Shown piece by piece: positions 1 to 8,921 of a stretch of DNA of 64,000 bases. The notes under the pieces were generated by a model. It made no database searches. It was not told the DNA's origin and saw only the letters and a list, made by a program, of their open reading frames with translations. Source of the DNA: Clostridia bacterium (lineage in GTDB: Bacteria; Bacillota; Clostridia; UBA1212; UBA1255); contig JAFZSK010000051.1 of NCBI GenBank assembly GCA_017620915.1, positions 24,215 to 88,214 on the forward strand, written 5' to 3'. Within the stretch, counting starts at the first letter, position 1, and the number at the start of each line of letters is the position of its first letter. The translations under genes were made by a program, and so were the position numbers.

Positions 1-666
1 TTCGGCAGCATTTTCGGCAGCTTCTTCCCGGAGGACGCGGTGGACGTGTTGTCCCAGAAAAAGGCGGCGGAGCTGGCGGGCGTCAATTATATTGCGCCCC
101 CGGAAGACGGCGGCAGCTTCGCGGCCAACGCGTATATCAAAGCCCGCGCGCTGGAGGAATTCGTATTGACCCGCGACGGGACGCGGACGTTCGCAGCGGG
201 GTACAAGGCGCTGTGCGTGATTGCCGACGATTCGGGGCTGTGCGTAGACGCGCTGGGCGGCGCACCGGGCATTTATTCGGCGCGGTATGCCGCGGCGCCG
301 GGGAGTTTTGACGACGCGTCGGACGCGGACAACGTTGACCTCCTGCTCAAGAACCTGACCGGTGTGCCGCAAGAACGCCGCACCGCTCGCTTCGAGTGCC
401 ACATTTCGGCGCTGCTGCGCTTCGGCCCCGGCTTCGCGTCGCAGGTGCGCACGGAGACCGCAGGGGATCTGAAAGGGCTGATCGCATTCGAACGCCACGG
501 GGGCGGCGGCTTCGGCTACGACCCGGTGCTGTTCCTGCCGGAATACGGTCTCACGGTGGCGCAGCTGGACGCGGCAGAGAAAAACCGGATCAGTCATCGC
601 GGCAAAGCGCTGAGAGCCGCGGCGGAGGAAGTATATGGTAATTTTAGAAAACTGTGCGTCGTATGA
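1..666 (+). CDS. rdgB: Non-canonical purine NTP pyrophosphatase (RdgB/HAM1 family), 5' end cut by window edge
   Basis: Frame is open from nt 1. HAM1 hallmarks are present: DDSGLCVDALGGAPGIYSARY, FGYDPVLF, NRISHRGKAL. The track 'M' at 40 is an internal GTG. Confidence 0.8.
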   Translation, partial: FGSIFGSFFPEDAVDVLSQKKAAELAGVNYIAPPEDGGSFAANAYIKARALEEFVLTRDGTRTFAAGYKALCVIADDSGLCVDALGGAPGIYSARYAAAPGSFDDASDADNVDLLLKNLTGVPQERRTARFECHISALLRFGPGFASQVRTETAGDLKGLIAFERHGGGGFGYDPVLFLPEYGLTVAQLDAAEKNRISHRGKALRAAAEEVYGNFRKLCVV

Positions 667-1783
667 CCACGATGCCGTAAAAGCCGCTGTAAAGGCCATA
701 TTCGACGCCTCCGGCGGAATAGAGAAATTGGTCACACCCGGCACGAAAGTGGCTTTAAAGCCCAATCTGGTGGCAAAACGCAAGCCTGAAGAGGCGGCTA
801 CGACCCACCCGGCGATATTACGGGCGGTGGCGGAGCTGTGCGCGGAGGCAGGGGGCGTGGTCACCGTGTGCGAGAGCCCCGGCGGCGTGTACGACAAAGC
901 GGTCCTGAAGGGCCTGTACAAAGGCACCGGCATCGAGGAAGCGGCGCAGGCGGCGGGCGCGGAGCTGAACTTCGATCTGTCCGTCACCAAAGTGGACAAT
1001 CCGGAGGCAATGTACCAGAAAACACTGGAGATATTGGCGCCTCTGGCCGAGGCGGACGTGGTGATCAACCTGGCCAAACTCAAAACGCACGGCATGATGG
1101 TGTACACCGGCGCGGTCAAAAACCTGTTCGGCGCGATCCCGGGCATCGGCAAGGCGGAATATCACTTCAAAATGCCGGATTACGCGTCGTTTGCCAACAC
1201 GGTCATCGATATTTTCCTGGCGGTCAAGCCCGCGTTTTCCATCATCGACAGCGTGGTGGGCATGCACAAAGACGGCCCCACCGCGGGGGAGCCCTTCGAA
1301 GCCGGGCTGCTGCTGGGCGGGGACAACGCCTTCGAAGTTGACCGCGTGGCCCTTGACCTGATCTCGGCGCGCACCGAGCGGGTGCCGATGGCGAAGGAGG
1401 CAATCAGCCGCGGCCTGATGCCGGCGGATATTGACGCCGTGGAACTGGCCGGAGACCTCAGCCTGACCGATGCCCGCAAGCGCCTTACCGGCTTCGTGGT
1501 GAAGTACAACGATGACTTTTCCCGCCTGCATTTTTCCGACGGCTTCCTGGGCAAGCTCATGAGCAAAATGGTCAAACCCAAACCGGTCTTCACGAAGAAA
1601 TGCCGCAGCTGCGGCGAGTGCGCGCGGCTCTGCCCGGTCAAGGCGATCACGGTGGAGAAGGGCAAACGCGCCAAAGCGGATCTGGACAAATGCATCCGCT
1701 GCTACTGCTGCCAGGAGCTGTGCCGGTTCAAGGCGGTCAAGATCAAAAAGACACCGATCACAAAGCTGGCGCAGAAGCTATAA
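635..1783 (+). CDS. DUF362 domain protein with C-terminal 4Fe-4S ferredoxin domain
   Basis: 382 aa. C-terminus has CRSCGECARLCP...CIRCYCCQELC, two CxxCxxCxxxCP-like clusters. The N-terminal 300 aa resembles the DUF362 family. Confidence 0.7.
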   Translation: MVILENCASYDHDAVKAAVKAIFDASGGIEKLVTPGTKVALKPNLVAKRKPEEAATTHPAILRAVAELCAEAGGVVTVCESPGGVYDKAVLKGLYKGTGIEEAAQAAGAELNFDLSVTKVDNPEAMYQKTLEILAPLAEADVVINLAKLKTHGMMVYTGAVKNLFGAIPGIGKAEYHFKMPDYASFANTVIDIFLAVKPAFSIIDSVVGMHKDGPTAGEPFEAGLLLGGDNAFEVDRVALDLISARTERVPMAKEAISRGLMPADIDAVELAGDLSLTDARKRLTGFVVKYNDDFSRLHFSDGFLGKLMSKMVKPKPVFTKKCRSCGECARLCPVKAITVEKGKRAKADLDKCIRCYCCQELCRFKAVKIKKTPITKLAQKL

Positions 1784-1815
1784 GTTACAAGTTTTAAGTT
1801 TTAAGTTTTAAGTTA
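1781..1815. repeat. Tandem heptamer repeat YAAGTTN x5 that forms the whole intergenic spacer
   Basis: taagtta caagttt taagttt taagttt taagtta read directly. It contains the TAA stop of the upstream gene and abuts the ATG of trmL. Confidence 0.85.
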
Positions 1816-2312
1816 TGGTACTGAATGTTGTTCTGGTGGAACCGGAAATACCGCAGAATACGGGGAATATTGCCCGCACGTGCGCGTGCACCGGCGCGCG
1901 GCTGCATCTGGTGAAGCCGCTGGGATTTGAGCTGGACGACCGCAAAATGAAGCGCGCGGGCCTGGACTACTGGTCCGAACTCAATGTCCGGCTGTACGAG
2001 AATTTCGACGAACTCCGCGCGGCGGCGGGGCCGGAGGCGCGTTTCTGGTTTTTTACGACTAAGGCGGCGCGGCGCTACACGGACGCGGCGTTCCGGGACG
2101 GGGATTATCTGGTGTTCGGGCGGGAAACGCACGGGCTGCCGGAGCCGCTGCTGAAGGACAATTACGACCGCTGCCTCCGCATTCCCATGGGCGCGCGGCT
2201 GCGTTCGCTCAATCTTTCCAATTCGGTGGCAATTGCCGTATACGAAGCGCTGCGTCAATCAGATTTTACCGGCCTCGAATCCCGGGGCCATCTTACGGGG
2301 CGGGCGGATTGA
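1815..2312 (+). CDS. trmL: tRNA (cytidine/uridine-2'-O)-methyltransferase TrmL (SpoU family)
   Basis: 165 aa. N-terminus LVEPEIPQNTGNIARTCACTGARLHLV, plus GRETHGLP and SLNLSNSVAIAVYEA, is typical of TrmL. Confidence 0.8.
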   Translation: MVLNVVLVEPEIPQNTGNIARTCACTGARLHLVKPLGFELDDRKMKRAGLDYWSELNVRLYENFDELRAAAGPEARFWFFTTKAARRYTDAAFRDGDYLVFGRETHGLPEPLLKDNYDRCLRIPMGARLRSLNLSNSVAIAVYEALRQSDFTGLESRGHLTGRAD

Positions 2313-2820
2313 CGGCATCGCCCGTCGCGGCGTTGTCAGCGGCGGGCTTGCCGCGGTACAGCAGCAGTTTGCGCATGCCGAAATTCCACACGAACACCAC
2401 CACGGTGGCAACAATTTTGCCGATGATATAGTACTTGTCCGCGTTGAGCCAGGCGCCGAGCACCTGCCGCGGACCGAGCACCTTTTCGAACAGCATGATG
2501 ATCAGATTGTTGAGTCCCAGCCCGATCAGGCTGATGACGGCAAACACCGCAAATTCCACGCCGCGCTTTTTGGTGTTGAGGCCGCGGAACGCCCAGAACG
2601 TGGACAACAGATAATTCGTTACCAGCCCCAATATATACGCGATGGTGGCGGCAATGACGGTATGGTCCCGCAGTCCAAGAAACTCTTTCATCACGACCAG
2701 CGAGCCCATGTCCACCAGGGTGGCAACGACTCCCACCACCAGCGACCGCGCCAGCTGCACTTTTCCTTCGGCGGGCGGATCGATCACGTATTTTCTGAAT
2801 AATTTATTTATCGCACTCAT
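2293..2820 (-). CDS. GtrA family membrane protein (polysaccharide synthesis associated)
   Basis: 175 aa with four predicted TM helices. YVIxG and FxxVGxxxTxxD-like GtrA motifs are present. Confidence 0.65.
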   Translation of the reverse strand: MSAINKLFRKYVIDPPAEGKVQLARSLVVGVVATLVDMGSLVVMKEFLGLRDHTVIAATIAYILGLVTNYLLSTFWAFRGLNTKKRGVEFAVFAVISLIGLGLNNLIIMLFEKVLGPRQVLGAWLNADKYYIIGKIVATVVVFVWNFGMRKLLLYRGKPAADNAATGDAVNPPAP

Positions 2821-2923
2821 TTTTCTGCGTTTCCTTCTGTTTGATGGATGTCAACACTTTGGCCTTGCATGCTGACCGCTGTGCCGATATATTACCACTT
2901 TTCGGGCCGCGGGGCAAGATGGG

Positions 2924-2965
2924 TAAGTTGTAAGTTGTAAGTTACAAGTTATAAGTTTTAAGTTG
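2924..2965. repeat. Tandem heptamer repeat YAAGTTN x6
   Basis: taagttg taagttg taagtta caagtta taagttt taagttg. Preceded by a GC-rich ccgcgggg block. Same unit and orientation as the array at 3721. Confidence 0.85.
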
Positions 2966-3494
2966 TGGTGCGGCCTCCTTACCAAGCGCTTGATCCGGCC
3001 GCGAATATCACGGGTTGGCTGAAATCAGTCACCATATCGATGAAGTTTCGCTCGTTTTTCGGGTTTGAATTCCGCTTGGACATAGCGAATCGCCGTTTTT
3101 CGGTTTTTGCTATGTCGGTTTTACCTGTTCTGGCTCATTCTTGCCACCTTATGCAATGTGAAAAACATAGCAATTCTTTGAATTTGGAGTTTTGCTATGT
3201 TTTTCATGAAAGTAGATCTCGATATTTCGAGCGTTGAAGGCGCCCGAAACGGATTAATATCTTATTGCTCACAAGGGTGTCTCGGAATTGTCGATTTATG
3301 TCGAAACATGTTGAAATTTGTCGAACTATTTTGCTTCCATTTCAGCTCCGAACGGTGGTAAAATCCACGGTGCACGCCGGTACTCCGGTTCTTTTACGGA
3401 GGCGGTTCCCTCAGGCTGACTTGTTGATTTATAGTCGAGAGGGTCGGTCGGTTGACATCTCTCTCAATCTGAAAAGGTGAGGAGGTGGGACGTT

Positions 3495-3599
3495 ATGATC
3501 ACACATAATGAGCTTTACGCTCTGGTCTCGCTGCTAATTGCGTTTGCCAGTCTTGTCATCTACATCACTCGTGGTGGAAATGGCTCAAAAAAAGACTAA
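3495..3599 (+). CDS. Small hydrophobic peptide (34 aa), type I toxin / holin-like toxin candidate; absent from the ORF track
   Basis: MITHNELYALVSLLIAFASLVIYITRGGNGSKKD: one TM helix with a charged C-tail. Strong SD GGAGGTG sits 7 nt upstream. It lies in an AT-rich cassette. Confidence 0.5.
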   Translation: MITHNELYALVSLLIAFASLVIYITRGGNGSKKD

Positions 3600-3681
3600 T
3601 CGCCTGCTCTTTGGTTAGGGATTAGGCGATTAGTCTGATTCATAGCCTGAGGGCAACCGCTATCGGCGTGCTCCTTTGACG
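3587..3681 (-). ncRNA. Putative cis-antisense sRNA convergent on the small toxin ORF (type I antitoxin-like)
   Basis: A minus-strand sigma-70 promoter is read directly: TTGACG(3711-3716)-17 nt-TATAAT(3688-3693). A minus-strand hairpin (arms 3593-3605 / 3624-3636) follows, then a T7 run (plus A-run 3587-3593) overlapping the last codons of the peptide ORF. Confidence 0.45.
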
Positions 3682-3687
3682 CTTTGA

Positions 3688-3716
3688 ATTATACCACATT
3701 GCGGCAAAAACGTCAA
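3688..3716 (-). promoter_or_regulatory. Sigma-70 promoter driving the antisense sRNA
   Basis: Minus strand reads TTGACG-17-TATAAT. Confidence 0.5.
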
Positions 3717-3720
3717 TAAA

Positions 3721-3845
3721 CAAGTTGTAAGTTACAAGTTACAAGTTACAAGTTTTAAGTTACAAGTTAAGGGGCGGCATTCGCCGCGGATCTCTTGGCT
3801 CCGCGAAGCGAACTTATAACTTATAACTTAAAACTTTAAACTAAA
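3721..3845. repeat. Composite element 1: 7 heptamers YAAGTTN, a GC-rich hairpin core (3770-3810, contains CCGCGGATCTC), then 5 inverted heptamers
   Basis: Read directly. Arms caagttg/taagtta ... versus aacttat/aacttaa. The core is ggcggcattcgccgcggatctcttggctccgcgaagcg, with two internal palindromes. Confidence 0.85.
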
Positions 3846-3855
3846 ATATGTGTTC

Positions 3856-3884
3856 TTGCCATTTTTCTTCCGGCATTATATAAT
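3856..3884 (+). promoter_or_regulatory. Sigma-70 promoter for the downstream lipoprotein gene
   Basis: TTGCCA-17 nt-TATAAT immediately after element 1. This implies the real start is ATG 3937 rather than the upstream in-frame ATGs. Confidence 0.55.
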
Positions 3885-3936
3885 GCATTCGGAAACAATA
3901 ATTGAATTTCATCTGATCCGCACGGAGGAACTTGGA

Positions 3937-5886
3937 ATGAGGAAATTGACGGGAGAAGGATTTGAGGAACGGAACAGGGCGGGCAGGAGATCGTCCGCGC
4001 TGGCAGTATGCGCTCTGATGCTGCTCACCGCGTTCGGCTGCAGACCGGGCAACGGTAAACCGGGGGACGGACCCGCGGCGCCCACAGAGAACACGCAGAC
4101 AATTACGGAGGAGCTGGAAACCATGGAACTGTACGGAAACGGCTACAATAACAACATGATCGTCGGCTTTGACGAATACGGCCGCACCGTGACCGCGGCG
4201 GCAGGTAAAAAAGACAAGCGCGACGTCGGTATCTTCTACTTTCTGTGGCTCGGGCAGCCGCAATCCAAAGACATCTACGACGTATCCAAACTGCTGGAGC
4301 AGTACGGCAAGGACATGGTGTTCCACGAAGAGGGCGGCAGCATCAGCCCCAACGGTCAGGCGCACTGGTGGGCAGAACCGCTGTACGGCTACTACAACAG
4401 CACCGACAAATGGGTCATCCGCAAACACATGGAAATGCTCACCGAGGCGGGCGTGGATTTCCTGATTTTCGACACTACCAACTGCGTGCTGTATGACGAA
4501 GTCGCGAAGAAAATAATGCGGATGAGCCAGGAGCTCCGGGACGAAGGCTGGGACGCGCCGCAGGTATGTTTCTATACGCATTCGCGTTCCATTGACACCA
4601 TCAAAAACATCTACAATAACTTCTATAAAAACGGCAATTATCCGGATTCCTGGTACCGCATTGACGGCCGCCCGATGATCATCGGCTACACCAGCGCCAA
4701 GCTGGATAAAAAAGAAGCGCGCAGCCGGGGCGACGATTCGTATGATCCCGAAGACCTGCCCCAGGATCTGCAGGACTTTTTCTATGTCAAAGAAGCGTGC
4801 TGGCCCAACGATTTCCACAACGCCAACTCCTTCCCGTACACCGAATGGACCTACCCGCAGCCGCTCAACGGCAACACGATGAACGTGTCCGTTGCCACCC
4901 ATCCGATGGTGCCGTTCAGCTTTTCATTGACCCATGAAAACTGGTGCAACTGGGGGCGCGGCTACGACGTCAACACCGGCGAAAACAAGCATGAAGACAT
5001 CTACCGTGGCACGTTTTTCCAATCCGAATGGGAGACCGTGTTTTCATCCGACCCGCAGCCCGAGATCCTGATGGTCACCGGCTGGAACGAATGGATCGCG
5101 TACAAACAGCCCTACGGCGGCGAGTACATGCTCTGCGACAACGTGGACATGGAATACTCCCGCGACATCGAACCAATGCAGGGCGGCTACGAAGACGCGT
5201 ATTTCATTCAGATGCTCATGAACATCCGCAAATACAAGTACAACGATTCCGACGGCGTGATCGCGGACAACGTTTACAAGACTATTGATCTCAGCGGCAA
5301 CGACGCGCAGTGGGACGAAGTTAAGGCCGTCTACCGCCACGTGGGCACGGTCAACGACAAACGCAACGCGTACGGCGGCGCTATGACGGTGCACTATTCG
5401 GTGCCTGCTGCGGACAACAACATTCTCTCTGTTAAACTCACCAACGACGCGGAGAACCTGTACTTCCGCATCGAATGCGCGGATCCGGTAAAGGTGACGG
5501 ACAACGCAAACTGGATGAACCTGTTCATCGGCACCGGCACGCCGGCGCAAAAAGGCTGGGAATCCTATGAATACGTGATCGGCCGCCGCCACGACACCGC
5601 GTCGGGTACCGCTACCGTTGAGCAGCTGCGCGCGGATTTCACCGGCAAACACGCGGGCGACGCCGCGTACGCCGTGAGCGGCAATACCGTGCTCTACAGT
5701 GTGCCGCTGGCTTCGCTGGGCATTGAAACCGGCAGCGCCGCCTCCGCGTTCCGCATTTATTTCAAAGTGGCGGACGGTGTAGAAGGCGCGGAAGAGATCA
5801 TGAACTACTATGTCTCCGGGCGCTGTCTGCCCATGGGCCGCCTGAGCTACGAGTACAAATTCAAACTGCCGGATACGGCAGACTGA
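3937..5886 (+). CDS. Secreted lipoprotein, putative glycoside hydrolase-like TIM-barrel protein
   Basis: The lipobox is LTAFGC after a basic N-terminus, with SD GGAGG upstream. The body (FYFLWLGQPQ, HWWAEPLYGYYNSTDKW, GVDFLIFDTTN) resembles GH99/GH71-like secreted hydrolases. Family assignment is uncertain. Confidence 0.55.
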   Translation: MRKLTGEGFEERNRAGRRSSALAVCALMLLTAFGCRPGNGKPGDGPAAPTENTQTITEELETMELYGNGYNNNMIVGFDEYGRTVTAAAGKKDKRDVGIFYFLWLGQPQSKDIYDVSKLLEQYGKDMVFHEEGGSISPNGQAHWWAEPLYGYYNSTDKWVIRKHMEMLTEAGVDFLIFDTTNCVLYDEVAKKIMRMSQELRDEGWDAPQVCFYTHSRSIDTIKNIYNNFYKNGNYPDSWYRIDGRPMIIGYTSAKLDKKEARSRGDDSYDPEDLPQDLQDFFYVKEACWPNDFHNANSFPYTEWTYPQPLNGNTMNVSVATHPMVPFSFSLTHENWCNWGRGYDVNTGENKHEDIYRGTFFQSEWETVFSSDPQPEILMVTGWNEWIAYKQPYGGEYMLCDNVDMEYSRDIEPMQGGYEDAYFIQMLMNIRKYKYNDSDGVIADNVYKTIDLSGNDAQWDEVKAVYRHVGTVNDKRNAYGGAMTVHYSVPAADNNILSVKLTNDAENLYFRIECADPVKVTDNANWMNLFIGTGTPAQKGWESYEYVIGRRHDTASGTATVEQLRADFTGKHAGDAAYAVSGNTVLYSVPLASLGIETGSAASAFRIYFKVADGVEGAEEIMNYYVSGRCLPMGRLSYEYKFKLPDTAD

Positions 5887-5917
5887 CTGCTATAACGCAC
5901 TATAAAAAAGGAGGGCA

Positions 5918-7321
5918 ATGGAAATGAACGGAACGAAAAAGAAACTGACGCTCACAGTGCCGGCTGTGTTCGTGTTGACTGCGATGCTTTTGACATCCTG
6001 TGTCCTGCCGTACAGCACCGTACATGAAGCGGAAACCGCACCGGCGGAAGAATTGACCGACGGACCGGACGGATCGTCAACAACTGCACCTACCACGGCC
6101 CCGACCACGGTTCCGACTGTCGCCCCGACCGCGGCACCTACCGACGCCCCGACGACTGCACCTACCGACGCCCCGACGGCTGTACCTACCGACGTACCTA
6201 CGGATCCGCCTACCCAGGCGCCCACCGAGGAACCCACGGAGGATCCCGCAGTGGTATCCGCCAGACTTGCGCTGGATTTTGTTCAGGCCCATATCGGAAC
6301 GTGGACCTCGTCTCAGGCACCGTATTTTATGAAATTTACTGTCTCCGGCGGCGTGCCGTACGTGACTATGGGCGACTGGACTACCGAGCGGCCTACCTTC
6401 ACCGGTAAAGTCACGGGTGCGGAATATGATGATGCCGGCAGGCTGCTGCTCATCTATGACTTCACCGGCACAAAGTGGACTTCGCAGAATGGCTATTATC
6501 GGGTCTACAGGGAGGAAGAACTCGACGGCAATCCGTCGCTGTTGATCAGCAATGTTGCCGCGGGAAAGGGGTTCAGCTTCATTAAATACCCGTACTTCCA
6601 GTATCCGATGAAGACCGCGACTTCCGGCTGCACGGTAGCTGAATTCATGGGTCTTATAAACGGTTACTGGAGTCAGTATCAGGATCAGTCCGGTGGTAAC
6701 GGCTATTTGTTCGCGTTCCTTGACGGAGACCGCGTCGTGATCCAGATCCGGGAGTGGGATACCGCGGAGATCGTCGATTCCTACACCGCGAAAAAGATAA
6801 CAAAAATCAACAGTGCGGTGGGCAACAGCTATAAGGTCGAGGCAATAAGCGATATCGTTGCCACGCAAGAAACGGCAACGTTCATATTTGCCGCCGACGG
6901 CTCGACCGTTAAAACAGATATCAACATAACTGTTCCCGGAACGAAAGAACCCTGGACGTACACGAAGGACAGCCCGGATAATCACAAAGAAGTGTTCGAT
7001 ATGTTTATGAGGCGATTCAAAGGCACCTGGTACAATGCGGCGGACAACACCTACATCCAGATCGGGTATGTTGACGGCAAGCCCTGGTTCCGGACCGGCA
7101 CCTGGGGCAGCGCTGCTCCGGATTTCTCCGGCGAGATCGCGGCCGCCGGCTTCCGCCAGAGTGAGGGCGCATACATGTTCGGAGCGCTGTATGAATACGG
7201 CAAAAAATATGTTGGCGCCATTATTTACGTAAACGGTACGACGGCGATGGTCAAGTATAGAGCCGGATTCAATGGTCAATTCGCCGAGTACAAGTACGAC
7301 GCTTCAAAGCAGCTGCCCTGA
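5918..7321 (+). CDS. Lipoprotein with Pro/Thr-rich linker, unknown function
   Basis: Lipobox LLTSC. The APTTAPTTVPTVAPTAAPTDAPT linker is encoded by a 24-nt DNA direct repeat. SD AAGGAGGG. Confidence 0.6.
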   Translation: MEMNGTKKKLTLTVPAVFVLTAMLLTSCVLPYSTVHEAETAPAEELTDGPDGSSTTAPTTAPTTVPTVAPTAAPTDAPTTAPTDAPTAVPTDVPTDPPTQAPTEEPTEDPAVVSARLALDFVQAHIGTWTSSQAPYFMKFTVSGGVPYVTMGDWTTERPTFTGKVTGAEYDDAGRLLLIYDFTGTKWTSQNGYYRVYREEELDGNPSLLISNVAAGKGFSFIKYPYFQYPMKTATSGCTVAEFMGLINGYWSQYQDQSGGNGYLFAFLDGDRVVIQIREWDTAEIVDSYTAKKITKINSAVGNSYKVEAISDIVATQETATFIFAADGSTVKTDINITVPGTKEPWTYTKDSPDNHKEVFDMFMRRFKGTWYNAADNTYIQIGYVDGKPWFRTGTWGSAAPDFSGEIAAAGFRQSEGAYMFGALYEYGKKYVGAIIYVNGTTAMVKYRAGFNGQFAEYKYDASKQLP

Positions 7322-7350
7322 TCCGGCGCTGCCGTAAGGACATTATAAAC

Positions 7351-7400
7351 CGGGGCCGCTGCTGCGTATCTGAACGCGGCAGCGGCCCCGCTGTTTTAAC
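7351..7400. terminator. Bidirectional intrinsic terminator between convergent genes
   Basis: ccggggccgctgctgcg-tatctgaa-cgcggcagcggccccg: a 15-bp stem with one wobble, followed by ctgtttt. Confidence 0.6.
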
Positions 7401-7412
7401 TGATCCGGGTCA

Positions 7413-8921
7413 TCAGAGTTTGTAGATCTCCCGGTATTTTTTGTTCAGGTAGGCAATGAACACTTCGGGCCGGAACTCGCCGCATGTGCGGCGGAACAGC
7501 TCAGACGGAGCGTACAGTTTGCCGTACTGCCAGATATGCTCGCGGAGCCAGCCGGATACCGGGCTGAGATCGCCTGCGGCCACCGCGGCGGCTACATCGA
7601 AGCTCTTGTTCATCTCTTCCAGATACTGTGCGCCGTACGCCGAACCGATGGCGTAGGACGGGAAATAGCCGATGGCGCCGAAGGACCAGTGGGAGTCCTG
7701 GAGGACGCCGCGTTTGTTGTCCGGCACGTCGATGCCCAGGTACTCTTTGTACAGGCGGTTCCAGGCTTCAGGCAGTTCTTTGGCGGTAATTGTCCCCGCG
7801 AACATCATGCGCTCCAATTCGTAGCGCACCATGATGTGCAGGCAGTACGTAAGTTCGTCCGCCTCGGTGCGGATCAGGGAGGGAGCGGAGGCGTTGACCG
7901 CGCGGTACAGCCGCTCCTGTGTCAGGCCGGAGAGCTGCGCCGGGAAGTGTTCCGTGAGCCAGGGCAGGATCACGCCGCAGAATTCGTAACTGCGCCCGAT
8001 GATGTTCTCGAAGAAGCGGGACTGGGATTCGTGGATCGCCATGGACACGCCGCCGCCCAGCACGGACATTGACAGCTTCTCGTCTACATTCAGTTCGTAC
8101 AGCGCGTGGCCGCCTTCGTGGATCACGGAGTACATTGACGGTATCGGCGTGTCTTCGTGATAGTGCGTGGTGATGCGCACGTCGTTGGGGGAGAAGTCCG
8201 TGGTGAACGGGTGTTCGGTCTCGCCGATGATGGAGCGCTCGCGGTCCATGCCCAGCACGCCCATGATGTAGTCGGAGAAATCGCGCTGCACCGGGATCGG
8301 GAAGGTGTTCTCGAACAATGGCTCCCGGACCTGGTGCGGGGAGGCAACGACCTCCGCCAGCAGCGGCACGATCCCGGCTCGGACGGTGGCAAAAAACTTG
8401 TCGCAGTCCGCCGTGGTCAGGCCGCGTTCGAACTGATCCAGCTGCGTGTTGTACGGGTCCGCATCGGGGTCAATGTACGTGGCCAGTTCCTTCGTCATAT
8501 CGAACATTTTCTGGAGCAGCGGTTCAAAGGAGGCAAAGTCGTTATTGACCTTCGCCTCATGCCACACCGCGTCCGATTCCACGCACAGTTTCTGGTACTC
8601 CACGAACCGGTCCATCGGGATCCTCCGCACGCGGTCGTAGTCCCGGAAGAGTTCTTCGGCTTTGCGCGCGTTGACGAAGTCCAGCTCCGTTTGGTGCGCC
8701 TTGAGCGTCTCGATCATCTCAACGGTGGCCGGCGACGTGGTGAGCTCGTACGAAATGCGCGACAGCTCGCTCTGAGTGACCGCCCGGGGGATCGCGGACT
8801 TTTTGGGGGCAACGGTCGAACCGTCGTAATTCAGGATCCCCATCGCGTGGCCCAGGGCGAATGCGGTCTGTTCATATTGTTTCAGCGCTTCCAGCGCCTG
8901 CTGTAGGGTCATAATGATCAA
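7413..8921 (-). CDS. Carboxypeptidase Taq (M32 family metallocarboxypeptidase)
   Basis: 502 aa. HEGGHALYE is the zinc motif, plus DxRxT and IRxxADE-like M32 blocks. Confidence 0.85.
   Translation of the reverse strand: MIIMTLQQALEALKQYEQTAFALGHAMGILNYDGSTVAPKKSAIPRAVTQSELSRISYELTTSPATVEMIETLKAHQTELDFVNARKAEELFRDYDRVRRIPMDRFVEYQKLCVESDAVWHEAKVNNDFASFEPLLQKMFDMTKELATYIDPDADPYNTQLDQFERGLTTADCDKFFATVRAGIVPLLAEVVASPHQVREPLFENTFPIPVQRDFSDYIMGVLGMDRERSIIGETEHPFTTDFSPNDVRITTHYHEDTPIPSMYSVIHEGGHALYELNVDEKLSMSVLGGGVSMAIHESQSRFFENIIGRSYEFCGVILPWLTEHFPAQLSGLTQERLYRAVNASAPSLIRTEADELTYCLHIMVRYELERMMFAGTITAKELPEAWNRLYKEYLGIDVPDNKRGVLQDSHWSFGAIGYFPSYAIGSAYGAQYLEEMNKSFDVAAAVAAGDLSPVSGWLREHIWQYGKLYAPSELFRRTCGEFRPEVFIAYLNKKYREIYKL

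Noticed and set aside
818-1531. 237-aa minus-strand ORF (and 167-aa plus ORF 838..1341) inside the DUF362 gene
   Set aside because: Antisense or alternate-frame shadow ORFs typical of high-GC coding DNA. The sequences are Arg/Gly/His-rich and low-complexity. The sense-strand gene has clear Fe-S and DUF362 motifs.
2965-3480. Two small plus-strand ORFs (90 and 71 aa) in the AT-rich cassette
   Set aside because: No SD and no conserved features. The region is better explained as the 5' leader or promoter region of the small toxin-like ORF and as non-coding DNA.
3841-4902. 353-aa minus-strand ORF antisense to the GH-like lipoprotein gene
   Set aside because: Shadow ORF. No motifs, Arg/Val/Gly-rich, overlaps a gene with a strong promoter, SD and lipobox on the other strand.
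6077-7279. 400-aa minus-strand ORF antisense to lipoprotein gene 5918..7321
   Set aside because: Shadow ORF with RGRGRG low-complexity N-terminus.
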